Positions 27,230 to 39,893 of a stretch of 64,000 bases of DNA are shown here, in pieces. Location: NCBI RefSeq assembly GCF_009914755.1, contig NC_060939.1; one strand, written 5' to 3'. Numbering within the stretch: the stretch's first letter is position 1; each line of letters opens with the position of its first letter. A model generated the notes under the pieces. It was not told where the DNA came from. It made no database searches and saw nothing but the letters and a program-made list of their open reading frames with translations. Source of the DNA: the human T2T-CHM13v2.0 reference genome, Homo sapiens. The translations under genes were made by a program, and so were the position numbers.

Positions 27230-27236
27230 TGTGTGT
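27190..27236. repeat. (TG)n microsatellite
   Basis: Seen directly. Confidence 0.95.
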
Positions 27237-27952
27237 GGCTAGAATGGTCCATAATATATAGCCAGCTCCAGTCCCAGAAAACCTAGCAAGCTTAAGGTTA
27301 GAGCTTCTCATTTTGGCCTTTTCAAGATTAATTCTCCTTTAGTAAGCCCTTCCCCTCTAGGGAGGTACTTGCCGGAGCGCTGCCTGAAGTTGGTGTTCTG
27401 ATGCCCTGTTGTTTCTGTTCTGAATGGTTTATTTCTCATTATAAGAGCTCAGCAAAGCAGGCAGAGTTAAAAAGCAGAGACATGAAGGCTTTAAAATCAT
27501 GGACTTCACTCCTACACTGAATCTCAGGTCCCCAGAAGGACAGAAACACCATGGGACCACAGCAAAGGCAGAAGGAGGAATGAGAGAGGGAGGTGGACAG
27601 AACAACAAACAGGAGTTGGCTCTCAATTTTTCAAATGTGCCATTTTGTTTAGGTTTTTCTAGTTTATGGAGTCTCTTTGTTCCAGTTGAGCACACAGATA
27701 AACTAGAGATCTCACAAGGCTTTTGCTGAGAACATCAAAGCCTTTAACCTCTGTTGGGCCAAATATTTAGACCAAAAATACAGATAGACACACAAAAGCC
27801 AGAACCAGACCAGATTAAGTATCTCAGTGGCTACAGCCTTTATTCCCTTTATTCTTTAGGATTCGAACTCAAACCAGATTCAGGATTCTAACCCAACCAG
27901 GACACCCCTGGGGTGAAACTGAAACCCCACAGTCTAGACAAGGTTGGGGGTC

Positions 27953-28254
<302 letters not shown>

Positions 28255-28376
28255 GCTTGTTCTTTTCATTTCATCCTTATCTCCGAATACAGGAGAGTAG
28301 CTGATTTGGTGTTCACTAACAAGCACAGAAGCTTTGTTACATTTACAGTGTCATTCTTGGGAAAACCTGAAGTTTT

Positions 28377-28589
28377 GCCTCCCGAGTTCACACCATTCTC
28401 CTGCCTCAGCCTCCTGAGTAGCTGGGACTATAGGCGCCCGCCACCTCACCCAGCTAATTTTTTGTATTTTTAGTAGAGACGGGGTTTCACCGTGTTAGCC
28501 AGGATGGTCTCGATCTCCTGACCTTGTGATCCACCCACCTCGGCCTCCCAGAGTGCTGGGATTACAGGCTTGAGACACCACGCCCAGCC
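28377..28589 (-). mobile_element. AluY-like, lacking its 3' end and poly-A
   Basis: Starts mid right arm (gcctcccgagttcacaccattctcc). The 5' end is intact at 28589. Confidence 0.92.
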
Positions 28590-31500
28590 AGAGGCTCTAA
28601 TTTCAATGATGATTGTGCTTTTTATCTCTTCCTCAGCATCTGGTTCATGATAAAATTTCAGGAATCTTGATGGTATCTAAATCAATTGTTGATTCTGTCC
28701 TGGAGAAACACAAGCATAACCTCTATGCCAAGTTATAATTTTACCTATTTCCCAACTTTTTGTTATTGGATCTCTCCACCAAACCAGTTATTCTGCTTCT
28801 GTCTTCGCAGCTGCTTTCTGTAGATGCTGTTCAGCTGCTGATAACATCTGGCCTTTGGGCAGGCTTAAAAAATTGAAAGTTAATAATGCTAGATTCAATT
28901 GTATATGGGCTATCCCTTAATCCCTGTTTCTCCCCCTTTTTTGTTTTTATTATCAGTTGTTCATCTGTATGAAATTGTAACTGAGCATTTTCAATTAACT
29001 GTGTGGAGTGAACCATGTATGAAGAATCAGAAATCACATTAATAGGCATATCAAAAGCAGTCAATACCTCAATTACAGCTACAAGCTCCACTTTTTGAGC
29101 TGAAGTATAGGGTGTCTGGAAAACTTTACCTTTTGATCCAGAATAAGAAGCTTTACCATTACTATACCCATCTGTGAAACAATGAAAACACTTCGCAGGC
29201 TGCAGGTTGCTTACTGCAGGAATTGTAAATGCAAACCGTTCACAGTATTGCTCAGCTAAAAGGGTAGTAAAGAAACAGTCTTTTAAATCTGTGACTATTA
29301 AAGGCCAATTTTTTGGAATTATAGTAGGAGAAGGCAATCCTGGCTGTTATGTTTCCATAGGTTGTATAACTGAATTGATGGCTCTTAAGTCAGTTAACAT
29401 TCTCCATTTACCTGATTTTTTCTTAATTATGAAAACTGGAGAATTCCAAGGGGAAAATGTTGGAGCTATGTGCCCATTTTCTAATTGTTCAGTAACTATT
29501 TTCTCTAAAGCTTCCAGTTTCTCTTTGCTTAGCAGCCATTATTCTATCCAAATTGGCTTATCTGTTAACCATTTTAAAGGTATAGGTTCTGGAGGCTTAA
29601 CAATGGCCACCATCAAAAATGATATCCTAATCTTTGGCAAGAACTTTGTCTTTCCGTTTGAAGCAGTTCTTTCAAACCTTGCAAATTTTTTTTCTACTCC
29701 CATTCCACGGACATGCCCCATTTCGTGCATCATATGCTGACTTTGAGGGCTGTGTAATTGTTATGGAATTAGAACTTGTGCTCCCCATTGTCATAATAAA
29801 TCTCTCCCCCATAAATTTTTAGGTACAGAAGTTGTAATTGGTTGAATAGTCCCAGGTTGTCCATCGGGCCCTTCACAATGCAAAATATAGCTACTTTGAT
29901 ATACTTCTGGGGCTTTAGCAGTTTCCACTGTGTTAAATTGAGTGGGCTGAATTGGACATGTGGACGGCCAGTGCTGTAGAGAAATGATTGAAATGTCTGC
30001 TCCTACCAAAAAAAAAATATTATCTACCAAACCTTTAAAGTTCTTTCCCTGGATAGTTATTTAAAAGGTAGGATGTTTATCAGTAATTTGATTTACCCAA
30101 TAAGCTGCCTTGCCTTTTTTATTTGTGCTTCCAAATCCTCCAGTTCATTTAATTTCACTTTTTCCCATTCCCACATACGGCACACTCAGGAGCTGTGCTA
30201 TGCGCACTTCTGGCTGGTGCTTTCCAGGGAACAGAAGTAGATATCACAATTTGAATTTCCTCATTGTAATCTGAATCAATGACTCCAGTGTGTATTTGTA
30301 CCCCTTCTAAACTTAAACTAGACCTTCTGAAAAGTAATCCCATTGTCCCTGTTGACAACGGTCCACAGACTCCTGTTGGGACCTTTTGCGGGGGTTCCCC
30401 AGGCAGAAGGCTCACAGCTTTTGTGCAGCATAAATCTACTGTGGCACTATGGCCTGTGGTGGGGGACAGATAATGTACGGGGGTGAGGGAATAGCCTGAG
30501 CTGGAAATGCCCTGGTTTAGAACAGGGCCTGGGATGGGCCCCTCAGGGAGTTTCCTGAAATCGGATTCCCTTCTTTATCAAACCTAGAGTGACACTGATT
30601 AGCCCAAAGTTTTCCTATTTTACATTTTGGACATATTTCAGGATCAGCAGTTTTCTTTTTTCCCCTATCTGGTGGCCTTACTCGCTGATTTTTTTTCTAC
30701 ATTCTTTTTAGTATGACCATGCTTCCCACAGTTAAAACAAGCTCCAGGAAATGGAGTATTTCCTTTATCCACTCTCAGTCCTGCCATCGCCTGTGCCAAC
30801 AAAGTAGCTTTATGTAGATTACCTCTGATACTATCACAGGCCTTGATATAATCAACTAAATGTGCTTTCCCTCTGATAGGTCGCAGAGCAGCCTAGCAAT
30901 AGTGATTAGCATTGTCAAAAGCTAATAACTGCAAAAGTATATCCTAAGCAGCCAAATCTGCAATCATCTTTTTAAGAGATTCCTGTAACCAAGCTACAAA
31001 ATCCACGCATGTTTCTCTTGGTCCCTGTTTTATAGCACTAAAGGAAGGGTATTGTTCTCCACATGAAGTGATTTTTTCCAAGCTCTAATGCACACTCCTC
31101 TAAGCTGTTCTATGGCATCATCTTGCATGACCACTTGTGCATGTAAACCAGCCCAGCCACCAACCCCCAAAAGTTGGTCTGCAGTTATATTAATTTGAGG
31201 TTGGGCCCAGGCATTGCGAGCAGCCTGAATGGAAGCTTCATCTGCCCACTAAGTTTTAAATTGTAAGAACTGAGCAGGAATTAGACAAGCTCGAGTAATA
31301 GTGTCCCAGTCAGTAGGGATCATCTGACTGGAAACAGCAACATTCTTTAACGGTCCCATTTCAAAAGGAGAACCTGGTCCATACTGATTTGTAGCGTGTT
31401 TAAATTTTTTGAGTAATTTAAAAGGAAAAGGCTCAAATGTAGCTATAATATTTCCCTGTTGATCTGCGGGGTGTATTCAAACAGGGAACTGCCAAGCCTC

Positions 31501-31984
31501 TAAATCCCACTTTTGTCTAGCTTGCTGAATTCCTGCCTGAATAGAACTAAGAGCAGTCGCTCAAGGCGCTGCTCGAACAGTCACCAGGGTAACTACTTTT
31601 CACCCAGTGTCCTCCAGAAAAGAAAGATCTGGAGGGTCGTTTTCTTCAAAATAATAATGAGGGGGTGCAGAAGGGTAGGGATGAACCTCTCCTTCCTTTT
31701 CTGCTTTAGATTTAGGTGGCAAATAAACCTGGTCTGTAACCTCTACTGTTACTTTGTTATACTCTCCTTCCTCCTCATCATCAGTGTGAAAAAGTTCCAA
31801 GGTAGAACGAACCACAGCCCACACTTGTCCCATTGTTACCCTGAAGCTTCCGAGCTCCCCTTCTTACTCACCACGGGGATTGCTTTAAGAGTACTCAGGT
31901 GTCCTCCAGCTAGTTCCACATTCTCCAATCGTTGCTCCAGCGATCCTTTGACCTATATTCGAGCCCCCATGAATTTGCATCACT
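28590..31984 (-). mobile_element. HERV-K(HML-3)/HERVK9 internal region: gag, pro (dUTPase-protease), multiply deleted pol; env and 3' LTR missing
   Basis: gag MGQVWAVVRSTLELFHTDDEEEGEY (from 31833). dUTPase SLLPGEPPQKVPTGVCGPL..GVIDSDY. Protease [33 protein letters not shown] and WPLIVTDLKDCFF. RNase H FTDG..SAQKVELVAV. Confidence 0.92.
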
Positions 31985-32497
31985 TGCTGAGACCAGGTCG
32001 GTCGGGGAGACCCTAACCCAGCAGCGCTAGAGGAATTAAAGATATACACACTGAAATATAGAGGTGTGAAGTGGGAAATCAGGGGTCTCACAGCCTTCAG
32101 AGCTGAGAGCCCTGAACAGAGATTTACCCACGTATTTATTAACAGCAAGCCAGTCATTAGCATTGTTTCTATAGATATTAGATTAACTAAAAGTATTCCT
32201 TATGGGAAACGAAGGGATGGGCTGAATTAAAGGAATAGGTTGGGCTAGTTAACTGCAGCAGAAGCATGTTCTTAAGGCACAGATCACTCATCCTATTGTT
32301 TGTGGCTTAAGAATGTTTTTAAGTGGTTTTCCACCCTGGACGGGCCAGGTATTCCTTGTCCTCATTCCAGTAAACCCACAACCTTACAGCGTGGGTGTTA
32401 TGGCCATCATGAACATGTCACAGTGCTGCACAGATTTTGTTTATGGCCAGTTTTGGGGCCAGTTTATGGCCGGATTTGAGGGGTCTTGTTCCCAACA
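31985..32497 (-). mobile_element. MER9 5' LTR (HML-3)
   Basis: Minus strand TGTTGGGAACAAG...ggccataaactggccccaaaac...CTGGTCTCAGCA, 513 bp, followed by a degenerate primer-binding site (PBS). Confidence 0.93.
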
Positions 32498-34272
32498 GTT
32501 CCTCAGGGTAAGGCTGCCCTAACGCCTGTGGGGACCTTCTTTGGTGGCTCCCCAGGAAGTAAGGAGATGGGAATTGTTCTGTAGAGGTCTACAGCAGCAC
32601 TGCTTGCTGAGGCGGGGGACAATTGTTGTACATTTGTAAGGGCAGTGGCTGTGCTGGGTATGCCTCGGTTTGTTGAGGGGCTCAAGGTGGGTCCCTCTTC
32701 CTATTTCCTGAAAGAGGTTGCCCATCTTTGCTAAATTTAGAATGACACGGACTTGCCTAGTGATTGCCTTTCTTACACCAGGGACATACACTGGGACTTT
32801 TCTGTTGATTGATGGTAGTAGTTTTCGTCTTTTTAATTCCTTTCTACATTCCTTTCTTGTGTCCAATTTGCCCACAATTAAGGCAAGAGCCTGAGAAATG
32901 AAGCATATTTTTTCTTACTCTTAATCTAGCCATAGCCTGAGCTAAAAGAATAGCCTTATGTAAGTTACCTCCAATGTCATCGCAAGCCTTAATATATTTA
33001 GTTAAATGAGCCTTCTCTCTCAGGGGTCTAATAGCAGTTTGACACTCTGCATTAACATTATTGTATGCAAGAAGCTGTATTACAACATCTTGAGCTGTTT
33101 TTATCATTTATGGCTTTATACACAGCCTCTTGGAGCTGAGCAATAAAATTAATATATGGTTGTTTAGGTCCTTGTCAGACAGAACTGAAATAAGGATACT
33201 TTTCCCCTGTAACATTTATCCTTTTCTATGCCTGTAAGCACATGAAGCACAGCTGAACAATGGCAACATCTTCCATTACTGCTTGATTCTCTAATCAACC
33301 CCGGTTAGGGCCAACTCATATTAACTGATCAAAGAAAACAGGCACAGGTGGCTGCACTTCTGTGTTTTCATTTGCCTGAGTTTGAGCTTCATCAGCCTAC
33401 CAAGTTTTAAACTGCAAGTACTGAGATGGAGTGAGAACAGGTTTTGTCAAAGTATCCTAATTTTATAGTAGTAATCTATTACCAAGAGCCATATTTTTTA
33501 ATAAAGTTTGCACAAAAAGAGAGTTCAGTCCATATTGACTAATGGCTTGCTTAAATTCTTTAGTAACTTAAAAGAAAAAACAGCCTAATTAGCTATATTC
33601 TGTCCTACTTGCTGGATTATAGTAACGGGAAATTGCCATGCTTCAAGGTCTCCCTTGGCTTTAGCTTTTTGAATAGAATTTTGTCTAGCTCCACCAATTG
33701 CTCCAGGTTTTAATGTTGCAACTACAGGAGCAGTAAGTTTTTCAGCTAATTTATTTTCTCACCCATTTAGGGGAGAGAGAAGAGGTGGCCATTCACTTAA
33801 TTCAGCAGGTGGAGCAAATGGGCTAGTAAAACATACTTTTTAAAGTCTTTCTTTTCTTTAATCTCCTCCGGTAGCTGTTCTTCACACTCAGAATTTGAAG
33901 TTAGTTTTTTACACTCATCCTCCTCTTCCTCATCTGACTCTGCCTCATCATCTCTTTGAAATGGCTCAAAGTCTGCCTTTATTAGTGCCCACACTGACCA
34001 TACAGAAACTGGAATTTTTGCTCCATCTTTATATGCCTTTTAAAAATCTCTTCCAATTCTCTCCCGTTCATCTAACTTCATACTCCTTTGTTCTGGAAAC
34101 CATGGGCAAAACTGTTTTACTGTACTAAAGAGTGATAACAAATTCTAAGTGCTAACTTTCACTCACCATCTTTGTATGTCCTCGGGTGTCTTTTGATGAT
34201 GTGTCCTCTGCTTTCACATGCTCTAGCCTTCCTTCATCAGGGTCTTTGTCATCCCATGTTGGGCGCCAAGAA
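32498..34272 (-). mobile_element. HERV-K(HML-1)/HERVK14-like internal 5' part (leader, gag, start of pro)
   Basis: gag WALIKADFEPFQRDDEAESDEEEE..., nucleocapsid CCHC knuckle SCLNCGQIGH, dUTPase AAVDL..SLLPGEPPKKVPTGV. It ends where the MER9 LTR begins. Confidence 0.82.
34251..34268 (-). promoter_or_regulatory. tRNA-Lys primer-binding site
   Basis: Minus strand TGGCGCCCAACATGGGAT, 4 nt after the LTR end. It resembles the Lys PBS TGGCGCCCAACGTGGGGC. Confidence 0.85.
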
Positions 34273-34559
34273 TGCTGGGGTGATCAGACCCAACACTAGG
34301 TCATGGGGGTGACAAAGTCCGGTGGAGTCAAAGGAATGAGAAAAAGACAGTTTGAGAGAGAAAGTGGGACCAGGGGACCATCACAAGTGTGGAGTCTGCA
34401 AAGTCCCCAAGCTCTGGGAGCCCACACTATTTATTGGTGCTCAAACAAAGAAACAGGTGGTGAGGATGTGGGGGTTGAAAGGAAACGGAGTATCAAGTGA
34501 ATGAGAAACATATGGCCCTGCCTCAGCTTCTCTTCCAACACTCAGCTTTTCTCCTAACA
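34273..34559 (-). mobile_element. LTR14A-like 5' LTR with an internal U3 deletion
   Basis: Minus strand TGTTAGGAGAAAAGCTGAGTGTTGG...GATCACCCCAGCA, with AATAAA, 287 bp. Confidence 0.8.
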
Positions 34560-35345
34560 CGTCCCCCTTAAGAACAGGAATAAAATAGGGATGCCTGTTC
34601 TCACCACTCCTGTTCAACAAGTCCTAGCCAGAGCAATCAGGCAAGAGAAAGAGATAAAATGCATCCAAATAGGAAATGAAGTCAAATTATCTCTCTTAAC
34701 TGATGATATGATTCTACACCTAGAAAACCCTAAAGACTGTGCCAAAAGGCTCCTAGAACTGATAAAAAAAACTTCAGCGAAGTTTCAGGATAAAAAAAAT
34801 CAACATATAAAAAGAAGTAGCATTTCTGTACACCAAAAATATTTAAACTGAGAGGTAAGTCAAGAGTGCAATCCTGTTTACAACAGCAACCCCCAAAATA
34901 AAATAAAAGAAGAATATGTCTAACCAAGGAGGTAAAGGATATCTAAAAGGAGAACTATAAAACACTGCAGAAAGAAATCATTGATGACAAAACAAATGGA
35001 AAACCATTCCATGCTCATGGATTAGAAAGAGCAATATTGTTAGAATGGCTATACTGCCAAAAGCAATCTACACATTCAACATTATTCCTATGAAACAACC
35101 AATGTCGTTTTTCACAGAATCAGAAAAAAACTATTCTAAATTTCGTATGGATTTTTAAAGAGCCCAGACAACCAAAGGAAACCTAAGCAAGAAGAACAAA
35201 GCTGGAGACATCACATTACTTGACTTCATACTATACCCTAAGGTCACAGTAGACAAAATAGCATGGTGGCGATATGAAAACAGACACAAAGACCAATGCA
35301 ACAGAATAGAGAACCCCAAAATAAACATGCACCTACAGCCATCAG
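34560..35345 (+). mobile_element. L1PB/L1MA ORF2 fragment (host of the HML-1 provirus)
   Basis: [27 protein letters not shown]. Confidence 0.88.
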
Positions 35346-35349
35346 CTTT

Positions 35350-35665
35350 CCCAGGATAACACAAATAGAGCCAAGTGGCACCTGCACATTACATTGTGGA
35401 AGAAAAACCCAAGCTCAAGAAACCCAAACTTGTATTATGGGAAGTTCACTTGGCTGTACCCTTCCCAAGAGGGAGAAATTATCTGCATTATACTAGACAG
35501 TAAATAAAATTTTCCTTTGTTCCAGAAGGAGGTACTGGTTTTCTATTCCAAGGGTGTTTTCTATACAAACATGCTTGAAAATAATCATTTGGAACAAGAA
35601 AGTCAGCGTCCACACTTGCAAAATGTGTGGAAATTAAAGAGATCCAAAAACTGTTTCTCTACCAA
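35350..35665 (-). mobile_element. Diverged ERV1 LTR remnant
   Basis: ccaagggtgttttctatacaaacatgcttgaaaa...ggaacaag resembles antisense MER4-group LTR starts. Family not assigned. Confidence 0.4.
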
Positions 35666-35943
35666 TTTCTATGTTTTAAAAATCACATTTTCCCCATATA
35701 ATATGCTTTTAATATGTGATCATATTCTGAAATTGTCTTAGCATTTACTCCCATATCTGAGTCCAGAAGGATACAATAAATTTAATTAAATTTAGTAACA
35801 CTTCAAATAGTAGTGATTGTAATAGCAGAGCTAGTTTGTAGCATAAGGAAAAAAAATTATATTATTAGGTGACACAAATAATGCTAGCCAACATTTCTAA
35901 GTGTCATGGTAAGTACAGTGATTATTTTCTTTTTTTCTGAATC

Positions 35944-36062
35944 TTTTTTATTTTATTTTATTTTTTTTTCCCATAGGTTATTGGGGTATGGTGGTATTTG
36001 GTTCCATGAATAAGTTCTTTACTGGTTATTTGTGAGATTTGGGTGCACCCATCACCCGAACC
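35944..36062 (-). mobile_element. L1PB-type 3' tip
   Basis: Poly-T followed by ccataggttattggggta..ggtggtatttggtt..taagttcttta..gtgagattttgg.tgcacccatcacccga. Confidence 0.8.
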
Positions 36063-36747
36063 GTGAAATGAGTTCAAATGAATTGTCAAACGTATGTGGG
36101 AAAAGTGGAATCAGTTTGTGAGAAAAAGCAAAAAACTCAACAGAAATGCTGATAAAGCATCATCCCTTCATGGCTAGCGCTGCCAGGACACTAGAACACC
36201 AAAATCAGCTAGGGAAATTTTGTAGAAGTCCCAGATGTACTAAATGTTCTGTGAATACACAGAGATATAATTATAACTGTTACCTGCATGTAGAGTAAAG
36301 ATGAGAAGGCATTGGTCTTGGTGGCAGCTACCTCAGGAGTTACAAAGCAGACGTGGTCCCAGGACAGTATATGTCAGGGCAAAGCTGTCCTCAGAGGCTA
36401 TTAGGAGCTGGTTATGGCACAGACATTGTAAGTCAGATGGTCTCATTACTTTCAATGACAAAACCAAAATTACTTTTGCATCAGCCTAATACAACGGCCT
36501 GGCAAGAGCACAGAAAAAGTCCCTGTGCTGTTAGGTGGGGACCTCTGATGCAGCACAATTCCTTCATTCCCTTCTCCAAAACCCCCTCTTCCAATTCCAC
36601 TGAAGAGAGAATCTGATGGAAGTGCTGTGTAAGCAGGCTCAGATATATCTACCACTATAGACAGTAGAGGTGATTCACAAATCCAAGCCTATCAAATACA
36701 TCATAAATAAGTTACACGTTTAATTTTTTTTGAAATTAGGATCATGA

Positions 36748-37246
36748 TATAAAAGTTATCAGAATCAAAACTGTCACTAATGTTTAAAAAGAAAAGAAAA
36801 AACCTGGACAAATAGATTCAGAGAAGGCCTTGAAGAGAGGGTTCTCATGCTTCTAGGCCTGATACAAACTGTCACAAAATACCACAAAATCCACAACCTT
36901 GCACAAAGGCCATAGCAACCTTACACAAAATACACTTCTGTGAGGACATGTATCCAGCAACCGCCTGCCCAAACTTCAACTGACATCGACCTTGTTGTTG
37001 ATCTTTATAGTCAAAGGTAACTATATCAAAACAATTATAGAAGCCTCTTCATTTTTCCTTTATTTATTTTTTTTCTACTCCCCCATAATTCCAGGTTGAT
37101 CGCTTTTCTTTTAAAGACCTTGTCTTCCTTTACCATTTGAATCTACACAGTTTGCTTTGTCATGCATATTCCCATTGCAGTGCCCTCCTCCCTAAGATGT
37201 GTCTTTTTCGTTTAGAGAGCCTTTCTGTTTGTTATTTAGGTTTACA
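36748..37246 (+). mobile_element. Solo MER65-family LTR
   Basis: Matches the recalled MER65 consensus (aaagttatcagaatcaaaa...caaccttgcacaaaggccat). Exact 4-bp TSD ATGA (36744-36747, 37247-37250). The terminal TG has mutated to TA. Confidence 0.82.
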
Positions 37247-38544
37247 ATGAGAAGACGTGTAAAGTATTTTTACTGTCTTCCTAGGAAAAAATCACTGACT
37301 TACAATATTTATATTTATTTATTTACATTCCTGGGGATGAGGAATTAAAGATTTCACAAATTTTCTTATTGAGAAGATCGAAGTTTTCATGTAAGCAAAA
37401 CTGAATATGTAAATTATGCTGCAGATAATATGCTCAAATGTTTACTTGTATTTAATTTGTTACACATGAATATTGCATATGTAAGATAATATACTAAGAA
37501 ATTATCACATTTAATGAAATGCTTTAATCAAATTCCTGATTGAATTTTTGATATCAATATATTTTTCCTTGTTTAATCCATCTTTAGAGTGAACAGGGCT
37601 GTCTAGGCCAAAGTCCTCACTTCTATCTAAATTGTCTGAGTTACAGAACTTTTTGAATTTATTATGTTGTCACAGGAAGTTTCTTATTGCTTGTTTAAAG
37701 GAGTCTCTCTCAATATGATGCAGAATACAAAAGCACTGAAGGGCATATATCCTGAGTTTCTGTTACTGAAGCCAAAGGTTGCCAATTTCTTGTAGATCCT
37801 GCTAGAGTTAAACTTCATTTAAGTAATCATTAAAGGCTGCATTTATTCCCTCACTTGAACTTTTGATTTCACACTATTAGGACTAATCCTCTAAGTCTTT
37901 GCTAAGTTATGTTCCTCCTTTTCTTGTGGCTTGACTCTGATGCTCTCTATATGCAACATCAATTGACATAAAGTACATTCAGGGCAAGAGAGTTTCTTTA
38001 AATATTACTTTGTTATTCAAAATAATCACAAAAGCACTCATCGTAGGAAAACTTGTGAGGACTCAAATATAGGGAAATACTTTTTCTTTCTAAGGCACAA
38101 TTCTCTAAAGAAGTTCACCTTAATTTGAATATACATGGGAAAATATCCTTGTTCACTAATAGTCTATATTCACTCTGTTTTCTTCCCTCATAGACCAGCC
38201 GGTTCACTATTATTCTCCAAATGATGCGTGCCTCCCTAGAGTCCAGGCTATCTGCATATCTAATTTTTCCCACAAATTACTGTTTTGAATTGCACTGAAT
38301 TCAATTCAAAGGGATGTCATTTATAAACAGTGCAAATATATACTGCACGAGGGATCTTAGAAATCATACACATGGTTTGATCCATAAGCTCATATGAGCG
38401 TGCAATGTCAAGTTTTTTCGTGTTTTTTTAAATCCACTTAAATTCTATTTTAAGCCACCATCTCCCTGTGTTGGTAGGGCAGTTAGCCTTCAATCATTTT
38501 AAGATGCTCCCCTCTAAGTACTGTGATAGTGATAGAGATATCAC

Positions 38545-38935
38545 CAGTCAGGTGTCCTAGGAAGCCGACTCCGAGTTGGAGATTTGCATGCAAGGAGGTT
38601 GAAATGATATTCCCAACACCTGTGGAAGAGTGAAAGCAATAGGATTGGGTGGAGCAGGAAGTCGGCTGGAATGCAATCACTATCATGGCCGCAGTCCACT
38701 CTACAGGGATCTTGGTGAGTTTACCTAATGAACTCGAATTGGAGCAAGAAAACCAGGCCATTATATTTCTGTACCAAGCAGTTCTCGGATGTGGGATGCC
38801 TTGAGAAGGGACATGAACTTGGATGAAGGAACTTTACTGTGCTGTGAGTATTGTTGCCAGGAGTCAGCTGTCAACACTCCCAGGAGACGGGAAATTATGC
38901 TTTAGTCACTGAGGCAGCATCTAGTGTCAGACCAC
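38545..38935. mobile_element. Old ERVL-type LTR (LTR16-like) remnant
   Basis: ggaagccgactccgagttggagatttgcatgcaaggagg...aacacctgtggaag...aggattggg. Diverged. Confidence 0.5.
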
Positions 38936-39343
38936 AGCCTTGTTAAACAGAGCCAGAATTTGGAGGATGGTTGGTGGGTTTAACATTTGGGGCTTGACAT
39001 CTTGTCCCCACAAGCTGCTGATGGCCTCTTCCTTGTCCATTTCTGTGTGGCCTGTTTAGGACCCCCAGCTTCCTGCTTCTTCTTTACCATATTTGGAATG
39101 CAAAAATCTACACGTAATTTGGCCCATGGTCCCTTCTGCTTAGACATATCTTTGTAGCTATTTTTTTTAAAAGATGACTATGTCTTCTAGAATATTTCTA
39201 AGAAACTGCCTAAGTCACCACTGCTCACCAAGAGGCCTTTGTTTTTTCCTCTTCTTAACCATGGGAAAGGAATGTAGGAGGGTAGGGAGTGGATATTTTC
39301 TAACCTGGAAAAAACTCATTTTACCCTATATAATTTTTGTTAG

Positions 39344-39893
<550 letters not shown>

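Noticed and set aside
34251-34268. tRNA-Lys-like sequence
   Set aside because: It is only the 18-nt retroviral PBS, not a tRNA gene.
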